From assembly GCF_009914755.1 (NCBI RefSeq), contig NC_060931.1: DNA of 64,000 bases; one strand, given 5' to 3'. This DNA comes from the human T2T-CHM13v2.0 reference genome, Homo sapiens. The notes beneath the pieces are model-generated. The model did no database searches, had not been told where the DNA came from, and saw only the letters and a program-made list of their open reading frames with translations. Both the position numbers and the translations under genes were made by a program. Positions 17,680 to 37,835 of the stretch are shown in pieces; within the stretch, counting starts at the first letter, position 1; the number at the start of each line of letters is the position of its first letter.

Positions 17680-18098
17680 TGGTATGTTTTGAATGTTTAT
17701 TCTGTCTAAATCCCAATTAAAATGTGTTTCCTAATGTTGGAGGTGGGACTTGGTAGGAGGTGATTACATCATGTTGGTTGGCAGATCCCTCACAAATGGC
17801 TTGGCACCATCCCTTTGGTGATGAGTGAGTTCTTGCTCAGTTCATGGGAGATCTGATTGTTTCAGCTGTCTGGAACCTCCCCCTTCTCTCTGCTGCTCCT
17901 TTTCTTGCCATGTGACGTGTCTGCTCCTCTTTGCCTTCTGCTGTCATCGTAAGCTCCCTGAGGCTCTCACCAGAAGCAGATGCTGGCACCACGCTTCCCG
18001 TATAGCCTGCAGAACTGTAAGCCAATTAAACTGCTTTTCCTTGTAAATTACCCAATCTGAGATATTCATCTGTAGCGATGCAAAAGCAGCCTAATACA
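17680..18098 (+). mobile_element. MaLR solo LTR (MSTB-like)
   Basis: TG...CA ends, internal ctcaccagaagcagatgctggcacc..agcctgcagaactgtaagccaattaaac, 5-bp TSD atggc/agggc. Confidence 0.9.
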
Positions 18099-18191
18099 AG
18101 GGCCTGTTCCAGGGGTGAAAAATTTAATAGAATAGAAAATGAAAACACAGAGCTCATTTGTAAAACGTTGCCTCACGTTTCAGATACTAGC

Positions 18192-18246
18192 TATGATGAA
18201 TAATTTTGTGAGTCAACTTGACTGGGCTAAGAAAGTTTCCCAGATA
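18192..18246 (+). mobile_element. MLT2 (ERVL) LTR 5' fragment
   Basis: taattttgtgagtcaacttgactgggctaag..cccagata matches the start of MLT2 LTRs. Confidence 0.55.
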
Positions 18247-19598
18247 AAGTCAGATTCCTCTCAAAGCATAACATAATATGCACAATTCAAAGGAGACTAG
18301 TATTCAATTTCAAGCTCATGGTTAAATCCATGGGCAGAAAACAAGAAACAACACTTTGACCAGGATGCTAAAGTAAGCATACTAGTACTCAAATCTAACG
18401 CAGTGTGTTGGTCCACAGCCTGGTTTTCAAACCCAGGAGTCTGAAAATCTATCTTCAGTCGCTCAGAGAGTTCTCTGACTTGTACAATTGGACATCTCTA
18501 TGACTACTAAATTATGCCTCTATGCTATTTTGTTATTTATGTTAGAATTTATCTTTTTTTTTTTTTGCAATGATGACATTTAAACTAAAACTTGCCCCCC
18601 TTTTTTTTCTTTAATCATATACTTGTCATCCTGGATTATAGATTTCTATTCAAATTGCACTTAACTAATTGCCAGTATATCTGTTTATTTATTCATTTAT
18701 ATTTAATCTGCTTAATTGGGGGACATATATATATATAATAAACTTACCAATTTTAATTTTACAGTAGGTGAGATCTGACAAATGTATGCAGTCATATAGC
18801 TAGACCCTCTAGTACTATGCTGCATAGGAAGGGTAAGAGCAGGCACCCTTGTTTTGCTCCTGTTTCTAAGCAGAAAGCATTCACTCTTTTACTAGGACAG
18901 AAGTGATGTTAGTTGTAGGCTTTCTGTAGAGCTACTTTTTCACTTCGGGGAAGTTTCTTTCAGTTACATAGAATTTTTATCATGATGACTGTAGAATTTT
19001 GTCCTGTGATTTTTCTTCATCTATTAATATCAGTAATTAATTTTAAATTTTAACATAATTTGATGAATTATAGTGATTTTTAATTGTTGAACCAACTTTG
19101 CATTCAGTAATGAAATCAGTAATGATGCATTGTTTTCTAAAAATATTTCTGAATTGCCAATATTTTGTTGAGGATTTTTGTGATTATTTTCATTATGAAG
19201 AATACTCTTTGGTCTTTTTTTTTTCCTCTGGTTTAAATATCAGGATAATGCTCTCCTTGTAAAAATAAACAGTTTCCTCCTTTTCTAGTTCCCAGATAAG
19301 TTTATGTAGAATTGGGATTATTTCTTCCATAAGTGTTTGGTAGAATTCAACTCTGAAGCCCTTTGGGCCTAGAATTTTCTTTGTGGGAAGATTAACAACA
19401 AATTTATTTAAAATAATAAGTGTTGAGATACCCAAGTTATCTACTTCACCTTGAGTGAGCTCTGCTAGTTTGTGTCTTTCAAGTAATTTATTAATTTCAT
19501 CTAAATTTTCAAGTTTATTGGGATAAAGTTGTTCATGATGTTTATTATCTTTTTAATGTCTATGCAATCTGAAGTGATGTCCCTTCCTTCATTTGTGA

Positions 19599-19929
<331 letters not shown>

Positions 19930-20304
19930 GACATGTTTTTTTTTCTACTTGCTTTGTGTTTAATATGCTCTTGTTTTCTTAGTTTCTTCGGGTGCAAGCT
20001 TAGTTTGTTGATTTGAAATCATTGTTATTTTTACTGTAAATATGTATTGCTAATATTTTCCCTGTAAACACTGCTTTAGTTACATCCAACAAATTTTAAT
20101 ATATTGTGATTTAATTTTGTTTCAGCTCAATATCTTTCTAATTGCCTTGCACTTCTTCTATGACATGTGTAAGCTAGAATTTTGTTGTTTTCCATTTTTG
20201 GGGATTTTACCTATATGTTTCTGTCATTGATTTCTAGTTTAATTTCATTGTGATGAGAAAACATGCTGTATGTTTTCAGTCTTCCTAAATTTATGAAGAC
20301 TGCT

Positions 20305-20560
20305 TTGTTTTTTTTCCCTTTTGAGACAGGGTCTCACTCTGCCTCCCAGACTGCAGTGTAGCTCAAGTGATTCTCTCACCTCAGCCTCCTGAGTAGCCAA
20401 GACTACAGGCAATCACCACCACGTCTAGATAATTTTTTAACTTAATTTTTAAAATTTATTATTATTATTTCTTATTCTTTTTTGTATTGCAGAAACAGGG
20501 TCTGTATTGCCAGAACTGGTCTTGAATTCTTGACCTTAAATGAACCTCCTGCTTCTGCTT
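20305..20560 (-). mobile_element. Degraded AluJ with internal deletion
   Basis: gagacagggtctcactct..ctcaagtgattctctcacctcagcctcctgagtagc..ggtcttgaattcttgacc. Confidence 0.8.
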
Positions 20561-23500
20561 TTCTCTACTTTCAGCTATAAATTTTTCTATCTTTTGTTTA
20601 CTTTTTTCTATCAATCACTGGGAGGAATATTGAAATCTTTTAAATTGAAACTGCCAATTTTTGATTTTTCAAATTCAGCATTTAGACCATTTATATTTAA
20701 TGTAATAATATAGTTTGACTTGAATATACTAGCTTATTATTGGCTTTGTATATGTCTCATATCCTCTTTGTTAAAACTTTTCTCGTTCTCTGGTGCATTA
20801 AGTGTTTTTTTAATGATACCATTTTTCTTCACTTTGTGGTGTCTTACTATCAATACCTCATTGTTTTTATTACAGTGATTTCTTTAAGGGTTTTAATGTA
20901 CATCTTTTATAAGTCTGTCTCCAAGTAATATTGTATCACTGCACAATAGCTAAGAAATTTGTGCAAAATATACTTTCATACCTGCTCTCATTTTATGCTA
21001 TTGCTGTCAGATATTTTATTCATAAATATGCTAAAATGACCACTATTCATTACTATTATTTTTGCTTTAAATGGCAAGATCCTTTTAAGGTGTGTTTTTA
21101 AACTTCTGGGGTTGGTCAACTTTTCATTTTCTGACCTTGCACCAGATAGCTTCTCACTCACTGGCTTTTATCATCACTGGTCAGTAAGTACACATACAAC
21201 CATATTCTTTTTCCAATCCCTTGCACTTATTTCTAATTTACATTTTTGTATTAATCCATAACTCAGATAATCAAATCAGTTGCTTGAATATTATGTACAT
21301 AGTTTATTTCAATAGATGCATCTTGTTCTTCTGAAGTTTACCCTTGAATTGCTTTTTAATGCAGTTTATTTTATAAATGTTCCTTTAGGTACAATATGGT
21401 TCTTTTTATAAAAACTTTTGCTTAAGTTGAATTTTACACTAATGCCTAATAAAACACTGTCTACACATATTTTGTATTCTATCATGACATGAAGTTTGAA
21501 CTATACTTGTTAATAAAATATTTTAACAATTACCATTTATGAACAGTTTTGTCTTTGTTGTTATAAGAGCATAACCAGAATGTTTAAATGATTGAATTAG
21601 AACTAACTACTAATTTCCTGAGTTAGATACATATCCTGGAATAGATATTTCCAGGAATTTAACGCTTGAGTATAAATTTGTATGATTTTAGCTTTATGAA
21701 AAATGAATTAGTTCTTCAAAAGCACTGAACACATTGATTTGAAAATTTGTACTTTATCCACTAGCAGCTGCAGTAAAACACTCCCTTGTATAAAAGTCAA
21801 GGAAAACATTTCCTGGAACTATGTTTAAATGAGGAGATTTTTCATTCAAACTATAGCCTGGTCATAAAAAGCTAGGGGTCACATTTACAATAGAACTCTA
21901 TAATAGGATTTAGTTCAAATAAAGACCTTAGTTATGCCTGGGTATCTTGCTCAATCTGACCATGATTAATGTAAAATGATTTTATTTTCAATATTTAATA
22001 TTTTTAAGGTAAATTATCTCCAGGCATTATGAGCTGGTATGGCAGAAGGAATATCAACATTTCTTGGAAAATAATACAAAGATAAATCCTATTACTTCTG
22101 AATCTGATTCTCTTAGGTATATAAAAATCATACAGGGATGGCTCCATACTTTGAGGCTCATAAAATTGCTGTAGGGGACCATAAACTGGCTCTATGAAGT
22201 TCACTTTGTCCCCAGGAGAGACTATGAAGAGCAACACGATTTGAACTATGCTGTGTGTGGTAGAGAGAATTAATGCAGCAGGAAAAAAATCACTTTAAGA
22301 TTAAATTTAACTTCATAGTAGCAAAAAGTCCAATGTGTGAATAGAAATTAGACATCCATAGTGACTGAAAATGTGACTATTAGTCTCTCCAAAAATAAAA
22401 TTATGAGCCTGAGAAGTATTTAAAAATGTAAAGGAGAGTAGTGTTTATATCAACAATTAAATATAATATTTAGGAATCTCTAGGGACCTAGATAGAGAAG
22501 AAAACCATTTCCACCTACTCTTCTTGCTTCTTGCTTATATTTGACTAATTCCTCAGAATTTTAGGGGACTTTTTTTCTGCTTCTGGGCTTCTAACAGTGA
22601 GTTAGTGGGGATAAAAGGGATAGTTTTTATGGCTCTTTCGTATTCTGATAATGAGGAGAAAGGACAATGTAATTATTTTCCTATAAATTGATGATTGAAC
22701 TTTTTTACTTTTGACATTAGAAAATTGTAGATGTAGTTCAACTTATCTGCTATCACAGGAGATGATATGTGACAGTATTAAAAGATGTCAGAGTACCTAT
22801 TTTGGTACTACAATTTAGAAATATGTAATTGTTCAGTCTTTTTTAAAACAAATCACAATTTAATGATACCGTTTCTAAAACATAACTCTTTCCAATTTCC
22901 TTCAAAAACCCTTTAGGGGAGATCATTCTGCTGTAAAGTGTATGCATTCCCTTTGCCTTCTGAGGCCTTTATGTTGTGTAATTTCCAGCTCTCTAGTCTT
23001 ATTTTTAATGATTTTCTTCATGTGTCCTAAGTTCCAGCAGATGTGAATCATTTCCCCTTCACTCTTTCCCCTTTATGCTTCTGCTGAAGCCATTATTGTT
23101 TGGCTTCTCCTCCATTGCACTTCTCTCTACCCGCTGCTCAACACTTACTCCTTCCCGCTGTCCTGCCAAGTACCTCCAAGCAGGGGGCAAAGGGAGAAAT
23201 TCTCTCCCACAATTCTCCACATTCTTTTTTTGTGGCATTCTGTTATCATCCTGATGCCATTCTAATAGAAACTCTCTTTCTATCTACCAGTATTTAACAC
23301 ATTGTAGGAACTTAATGAATGTATTTTAAATAAATGCTAAATAAATTGGGAGTTAATATAACATGCAGAAAAAAATAACTTTAGGATTTCTATGGGTAGG
23401 AAGCACTTCTTACAGTTTGTCAGCTGCTTTTAGAACTAGTGTTAAAACTTTTCTTGCAAACTGTGGCGCCATAAAACCTAGACAAAAATATAGGTGGATA

Positions 23501-24065
23501 GGGCTCATTTCTAAAAAGAAATTGACTTCTAAGCATAAAGGAAATGGTTAAATTCTAAAGGAAAACGTATAGTATCTTTGCATATATAAAAATTTTCAAA
23601 AATTATTTGTTAAAATGCTATAAACAAAATAAAAAACAGATTGATAAATAGTACAGTAATGTGACGACACTCTTGATAAGAAAAACACATGTTAACTTAG
23701 GAGACCCAGTTTTACTCCTAAGTCATCACTGTGACCACAGACATGGGATTTACACCTATTGGGCACCCCTTTGGGTCTTGAAGGAACATCTGTTTTCCCA
23801 GAAACATATGGATTCAAAAATAAACCTGGCAGTTATTAGGAAGTAGTAATGGATTTTGAGAAAGTAATTAATTTCCCACTACGGAAGGATTATGATTGAC
23901 TCTCATTATCTCTCCTGTTCTTTTCTAGGTTTCCAGATATTCTAGTAACCATGAAATTATTACCTTATGATTAGAACAATAATTCTGTGGGTATGTATTA
24001 TTTTTAAGAAATAAAATCAACTATATTGCATGTGAGATGGCTGCATGAGCCTCTGCAGGAAGTGG

Positions 24066-24115
24066 AGAGTTATTCTCTTAACTGTAATAGAGTTATTCTC
24101 TTAGCTGTAATAGAG
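24066..24115. repeat. Tandem duplication, period 23
   Basis: agagttattctctta(a/g)ctgtaat x2 followed by agag. Confidence 0.95.
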
Positions 24116-25079
24116 ACCAAAACAACCTGGCCTCAAAGGCACCCAAAAGAGGGCTGGTAAATTGAGCAGAGGGTCTGAGAATCTCCAATACCTGTTCTGA
24201 AATTTCACCATTATTCCTGCTGCTCTTCCTAAGAGGTTTTTAGGAAAACTGTATTTCTTAGAGAGACATATTTTGGGGCAGAAAAATGCAGATTAAATGC
24301 AGAAAATGCAGATAAAAAATATGGGGACCTATGTTGCTTTAGTTTGAAAGAAAAGACTTCCACTAATAACATAGATTTGGACAATCCTCAAGTTAGAAGA
24401 GCTTTTTCTCTCTCAAAAACTTATGAAATCTTTATCATTTTCAATTTATGTGTGTGTGCAAGTGTGTGTGTGTGCACGGATGCACAAGCCACTTAAACTT
24501 TAAGAACTCAATTTCTTTATTTATACAAACAATGGTTGTGTTATATGATCTTTGATGTAGATCCTCTTCAGCGTTCAAGTGTCTGAATTTAAATCATGTA
24601 TAACAGATCTAATTCTTCCTCTTTCATCTTCTATGTTAAGTAACAAGCAGACACAAGAAAATAAATAATTTTGGTGAAATTACTGATAATATTTTTAGAG
24701 TAGTACAATCTATGTTAATCATCTTTCTTGAACTTGCAGTTAAGTCAATAACAAGAGTAATTAAAAGAGTTTGTAACTTTCAGTTTTGAAGTCTCTGAGC
24801 CTGCAAGCCTCTGACTATAAGAAATTTTTAGAGAGAAGGCAAAAGTTACCTTCCTAAGACAAAATTCAGTCAACTTTTGAAGTACTGCCCTCTCTGGTCT
24901 GCACTCTGACCTTGATTTGCTATAATCATATGCAGGTGTCACCATTTTCATTAGAATGCCTATTTCATTGGAATGCAACCTGCAACCTCAGGGTAACTGA
25001 TCACTATGGGAAAGCATTTTATGAGCATTTTTGTCCAAAGCTTTGTACTTGGGCAGTGGTAATATGGATGGCTTTTTCT

Positions 25080-26475
<1,396 letters not shown>

Positions 26476-26899
26476 TATAGACATATCTACTACGCAAATA
26501 TTGTATGGCAGCATGATTTAACATTTTAAAAATCACCCTGATGATAGTTAGGAATCAATCATAATTAAGTACCGTTACCTTACAGCTGCTTTATAATTTT
26601 TTTCGTGGTCATTCAAAAACTGTGAGAAGTTTATGAAAATGGCTCTAACTCCAGAATGATTGTGAAAAATAAATTTAATCCTCTTTAATTATTGATGTAT
26701 GGAGAAAGACATGTCTTTGATAAAGGATTGTCACCTTTTTTCTTTTCTTTATGCAGGTCAGCATTTCTCAAACTTCAGTTTTATTTGTTTTCATTGGAAT
26801 TACCTTCATGAGATCTATCATAGTTTCATTTGTTACTAATTTTTGTTTGTTAATAATTTTTTAAAAGACTCTGACTCTTTTTCCAGCTTATTTTAATAG

Positions 26900-27404
26900 T
26901 AAGCTTTATATTTCCTTTAATAAAAATATTTACTTGGGACTATATATGTATTTTATATAAAATCCATATGTAGTTTTATGTTTACCATATATACATGTAT
27001 ACCCACATACATGTATACACACATACATGTATATATGGTAAACACAAAATATATATATGTAACCAAAAGAGGTTTTACATATGTAATGAAATATAAACAT
27101 GTATAACTAAGCATGCTATTAATTTTTAAAAACTGAAAACTTTATATTTTCTTTAATAAACATATATAAACTTTATATTTCCTTTGATAATGCTTGAGAC
27201 ATATAGATATATGTATTATATGTAAAATACATATGCATTTTATGTTTATCATATATACATGTGTGTATATATATATACACACACATATACATGTGTGCAT
27301 GGTAGACATAAAAATACATATGTAACCAAAACAGGTTTTACATGCATAATGAAATATAAATATGTATAACCAAGCATGCTATTGACTTTTAAAAACTGAA
27401 AAAC
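26900..27404. repeat. Diverged ~265-bp AT-rich tandem duplication with internal inverted repeat
   Basis: Shared blocks ctttatatttccttt, tgtaaccaaaa..ggttttacat..aatgaaatataaa..aagcatgctatt..aaaaactgaaaa recur 263-268 bp apart. Confidence 0.85.
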
Positions 27405-27582
27405 ATTAAAACAACATAATACATGTAATTAATTTACAAAATTTCAGAGCTAAAAATTAATTCTTCAGTGAAGATGGTGCAGAAAAATAGAGTTTGTTAG
27501 TCATTAATAATTATACAGTACACTTTCACTTATTTCAAGATGAAAATGGGGTTTAAAGTTAATTATGCAAAGGTGTTTTAAT

Positions 27583-27875
<293 letters not shown>

Positions 27876-27999
27876 TAAGGTGTTTTTAAATTTTTAATGC
27901 CAATCAGCATATCCATTTAGCAGGGAAATATAACGTGTATTTTAAACATAACTCCAATAGAGTTGGATATTAAAAGTTAATTCTTAATTATAAGTATTT

Positions 28000-29340
28000 T
28001 TAAAATTTTTTATTTTTAACACTTTTAAACTTTTAGTTTCAGGGCTTCCCTGTGCAAGTTTGTTGTGTAGGTAAATTGCATGTCTTGGGGGTTTGGTGTA
28101 CAGATTATTTAATCATGCTGGTAACAAGCAGAGTACCCAATAGGTAGTTCTTTTATCCTTACCTTTTATCCTCAAGTAGGCCTCAGTGACCATTGTTCCC
28201 TTCTTGTGACCATACGTACTCAATGTTTTTTTCCGACTTATAAGTGAAAACATGCAGTATTTGCTTTTCTGTTCCTGTGTTAGTTTACTTAGGATAATGA
28301 CCTCCAGCTCTATCAATGCTGTTGCAAAGGACATGATCTCATTCTTTTTTAAGACTGCACAGTATTCCATGGTAAATATGTACCACATTTTATTTACCCA
28401 GTCTACTGTTGATTGGCATCATGGTTGAATCCATGTCTTTGCTATTGTGAGTAGTGTCGTCATAAACATACACATGCTTGTGTCTTTATGGTAGTATGAT
28501 TTACATTCCTTTGGGTGTATATCCAATAATGGAATTGCTGGGTTGACTGATAATTCTGTTTTAAGTTCTTTTAGAAATCACTAAACTACTCTCCATAATG
28601 GCTGAACTAATTTACATTCCCATGATCAGTGTATAATCCTTCACTTTTCTCTGCAACCTAATCAGAATCTGTTATTTTTTGACTTTTTAATAATAGCCAT
28701 TCTCACTGGTATGAGATTGTATCTCATTGTGGCTTTGGTTTCCATTTCTCTAATGATTAGTGATATTGAGCATTTTTTCATATGCTTGTTGGCCACTTGT
28801 ATGTCTTCTCTTGAAAAGTGTCTATTCATGTTCTTTTCCAACTTTTTAATGGGGTTGTTTGTTTATTGCTTGCTAATTTGTTTAAGTTCCATATAGATTC
28901 TGGATATTAGACCTTTGTCAGGTGCATAGTTTGCAAATATTTTCTCCCATTTTGTGTCTATTTATTCTGTTGATAGTTTCTTTTGCTGTGCAGAAGCTCT
29001 TTGGTTTAATTAGATCCAATTTGTCAGTTTTTGCTTTTGTTGCAGTTGTTTTGTCATCTTTGTCATGAAATCTTTGCCAGGTCATATGACCAGAGTTGTA
29101 TTTCCTAGTTTATCTTCCTGTGTTTCTATAATTTTAGGTTTTATATTTAAGTCTTTAATCCATCTTGAGTTTATTTTTGTATATGGTATAAGGAACGGGT
29201 CCAGTTTTATCTGTTGCATATAGCTAGCCAGTTATCCCATCACCACTTATTAGATGGGAAATCCTTTTCCCAATGCCTGTTTCGTTGACCATGTTGAAGA
29301 TCAGATGGATCTAGGTGTGTACTTTTTCTTGGCTCTCTAA
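28000..29340 (-). mobile_element. L1PA13-16-type 3' end (~1.3 kb)
   Basis: ggtaaattgcatgtcttgggggtttggtgtacagattattt..agtacccaataggtag 3'UTR. ORF 28113-28388 is the ORF2 C-terminus (MWYIFTMEY..). Confidence 0.9.
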
Positions 29341-31055
29341 AAGTGGTTTTTTTCAACACATTTTTATTTCAGGAGGTCATCTGAAAAAGATTCTGGGTCT
29401 GTTCTTCAGAACATGTGGCTATTTAATAATTCCCAGTCTTGTCAGCACCAAATTCACAATGTTCTGGATATTTGAAACAATTTTTGATAAGTTAATAACC
29501 AGGTAATTCAAACAATTATATTTGTTGATTGGAGAATTGAATGAATGAAGGGAAAGATTTACTCCCAGGGTTCTGTTTTTTAAAAAATGAGCCAGGTGCT
29601 ACACTCATGACCTCATTGGTTAGTTCTCTTATTCATACCATTTCACTGATTCTCAGCTAGGTGACATGATACATGCAGCCTAATATAGCTTGTGAGTCTC
29701 AAAGCCAAGACTAGAGCCCAATGATAATAGATCTCAAGCCTCTCTTGTAATAGCTCAACTCATCTACCTCTGAGAAAGGTAAAGGGGATACAAGGACTTG
29801 ACCCTTGCCTTCTGAAAATACTTGATCTGGGTTCCAGCATTGGCTGCCAGGAGCTGACCTTGCTTAGACTGGTGCTGCTCTGCTGCTCTTTGGCCATCTA
29901 ATCTCGGCTGGCCCAGGCCTGCTCTGAAAGCTCTAAAGCAGGGTGGCAGGCAGGACGCTGTCACAAGTTCATGTATGTGTGTGTGTTTGTTTGCTTGCGT
30001 GCACTGCTGGATCAGGCAGAATAAATCAGAAAATACTTCAGCAGTCTCTGGACTTTCTTCCTCTTGCATTTGTTCCCTTCCTATCCATTGTTCCCCTCCC
30101 TGACTTTTCCACCAGTATGGCCCCATCCTTCCAGCTGAGGCTCCCTTCCTCTCCATCCCTTAGTATATCACTTGTGAAATCACCTAGTTCATCACCAGTG
30201 GTGCTTAATTGATACTTCAGCAAACTGCCATCTTATTAAAAACTTTGTGTATAATAAACTTTTGAATATTTCTCATAAACTGGTTTGTAAACCTGTGGAT
30301 TGACAATATTTGTTGTTTCTTCATTCTTTTCATTATGTAATTTTGGCCATTTTCTTTTTAAAGACAGTTTGATTTCATAAGGGAACTGTAGGTAGGATGA
30401 TATGACATATATTTTATAACTTTTTAACAGCTATGGATGTAAAATAAATTATTAGGTGACGGAAAAGTGAGAAGACTGAGATTCATGGTCAGCATGGGGA
30501 TTGGTGCTATGCCAAGTTTTATCAATCTGTGCTGACCCAGTTCTTTGCTGATATGGACAGTAAGGAGTGTGCTCTATTTATGAGCCTGAAGTCACAGGGT
30601 CAGATCAGTTCAGCAGTATTTTAAAACATCACTTTTTCACTCATGGGTTCTCTCTCATATATCATGAGTCCTGCCTGCTCAACCATTTCATGCCTATCAG
30701 CATACACAAGCGCTCTCAAACCATCCATCTTAAAATAAATAAAAACCACTCCAAAGGAAAAACAAAACCTCAAATGTCCTTTGACTCCACATAACCCTTC
30801 AGCTAACACCACATATTTTTCCATTTTTTAATTGAAAAATCTCTTAAAACTGTGTTCTGTCTTCACTGCCTTCCACTTCTCACATCTCTTAAGTCCATCC
30901 AATTTGACTTCCATCCCAATGATTCAAATATACTTGAATAAAATCATCACTCTTTTTTCATGTTGCCAAAATCTATGGGAACCCTTTTCTTATTTTATTA
31001 GCTTCTCAGGAATATCCAACCCAGCCCACTATTTCTTCTTTCTTTCAACACTCTT

Positions 31056-31145
31056 TATTTTTAGTTTGTTATTTATTATTTTTTAAACTTTAAGTTCCAG
31101 GATACATTTGTAGATTTGTGTAGGTTTTTTTACATACGTATACAT
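31056..31145 (-). mobile_element. ~90-bp L1PA 3'-terminal fragment
   Basis: T-rich tail then actttaagttccaggatacat..ggtttttttacatacgtatacat, flanked by acactctt / atactctt. Confidence 0.75.
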
Positions 31146-31256
31146 CCATACTCTTCGTACTGGCTTTTGTGATACTGCACTCACTTCGCTTCCCTCATGC
31201 CTTATTGGCTGATCCTTCTCAGTGTTGTTTCTTGGCAACTCTCTTATCAGACCTTT

Positions 31257-31655
31257 TTTCTTTTTTTATTTTTTTCCTTTTAAGTCACTGTTTATTATTA
31301 TACTTTAGGTTCTGGGGTACATGTGCAGAATGTGCAGGTTTGTAACATAGGTATACACGTGCCATGGTGGTTTGTTGCACCCATCAACCCATCATCTACG
31401 TTAAGTATTTCTCCTAATGCTATGCATCCCTTAGCCCCCCATCCCCTGACAGGCCCCGGTATGTGATGTTCCCCTGTGTCCATGTGTTCTCATTGTTCAA
31501 CTCCCACTTATGAGTGAGAACATGTGGTGTTTGGTTTTCTGTTCTTGTGTTAGCTTGCTGAGAATGATGGTTTCCAGCTTCATCTGTGTCCCTGCAAAGG
31601 ACATGAACTCATCCTGTTTTGTGGCTGTATAGTATTCCACGGTGTATATGTGCCA
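31257..31655 (-). mobile_element. L1PA7-type 3' fragment (~365 bp) with extended tail
   Basis: gttctggggtacatgtgcagaa..ggtggtttgttgcacccatcaaccc..caactcccacttatgag, the same type as the element at 11349. Confidence 0.9.
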
Positions 31656-32717
31656 TTTTCTGTCTTTTTTTTTATGGAAAGCACTTCAAATCAGTGCTTT
31701 TATTCAGTGCATCTATCCCCATCACCTCCTTTAGATATCTCTTTTTTTAATTGTACTTTAAGTTCTAGAGTACATGTGCACAACGTGCAGGTTTGTTACA
31801 TATGAATACATGTGCCATGTTGGTGTGCTGCGCCCATTAACTTGTCATTTACATTAGGTATATCTCCTAATGCTATCCCTCCCCAATCCCCCCACCCCAC
31901 AACAGGCCCCAGTGTGTGATGTTCCCCTTCCTGTGTCCAAGCGTTCTCATTGTTCAATTCCCACCTATGAGTGAGAACATGCAGTGTTTGGTTTTTTGTC
32001 CTTGTGATAGTTTGCTGACAATGATGGTTTCCAGCTTCATCCATGTCCCTACAAAGGACATGAACTCATCCTTTTTTAAGGCGGCATAGTATTCCATGGT
32101 GTATATGTGCCACATTTTCTTAATCCAGTCTATTGTTGTTGGACATTTGGGTTGGTTCCAAGTCTTTGCTATTGTGAATAGTGCTGCAATAAACATACGT
32201 GTGCATGTGTCTTGATAGTAGCATGATTTATAATCCTTTGGGTATATACCCAGTAATGGGATGGCTGGGTCAAATGGTATTTCTAGTTCTAGATCCTTGA
32301 GGAATTGCCACACTATCTTCCACAATGGTTGAACTAGTTTACAGTCCCACCAACAGTGTAAAAGTATTCCTGTGTCTCCACATCCTCTCCAGCACCTGTT
32401 GTTTCCTGACATTTTAATGATTGCCATTCTAACTGGTGTGAGATGGTATCTCATTGAGGTTTTGATTTGCATTTCTCTCATGGCCAGTGATGATGAGCAT
32501 TTTTTACTGTGTCTGTTGGCTGCATAAATGTCTTTTGAGAAGTGTCAGTTCATATCCTTTGCCCACTTTTTGATGGGGTTGTTTTTTTTTCTTGTAAATT
32601 TGTTTGTGTTCTTTGTAGATTCTGGATATTAGCCCTTTGTCAGATGAGTGGATTGCAAAAATTTTCTCCATTCTGTAGGTTGCCTGTTCACTCTGATGAT
32701 AGTTTCTTTTGCTTTCA

Positions 32718-33748
<1,031 letters not shown>

Positions 33749-33938
33749 TTAGGGTACATGTGCACAATGTGCGGGTTAGTTACATATGTATACATGTGCC
33801 ATGCTGGTGTGCTGCACCCACTAACTCATCATCTAGCATTAGGTATATCTCCCAGTGGTATCCCTCCCCGCTCTCTCCACCCCACAACAGTCCCCAGAGT
33901 ATGATATTCCCCTTCCTGTGTCCATGTGTTCTCATTGT

Positions 33939-37772
<3,834 letters not shown>

Positions 37773-37835
37773 TATGATGTTAGCTGGTTATTTTCCTCGT
37801 TATTTGACCCAGTTTCTTCCTAGTCTCGATGGTCT

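Noticed and set aside
23910-23996. Possible short exon (cttttctag ... gg|gtatgt)
   Set aside because: It resembles a decayed L1ME 3' end and gives no recognisable peptide. Splice-like motifs are expected by chance in T-rich DNA.
29764-30223. Overlapping ORFs of 61-130 aa in non-repeat sequence
   Set aside because: No recognisable domain or exon structure, and lengths are within chance expectation.
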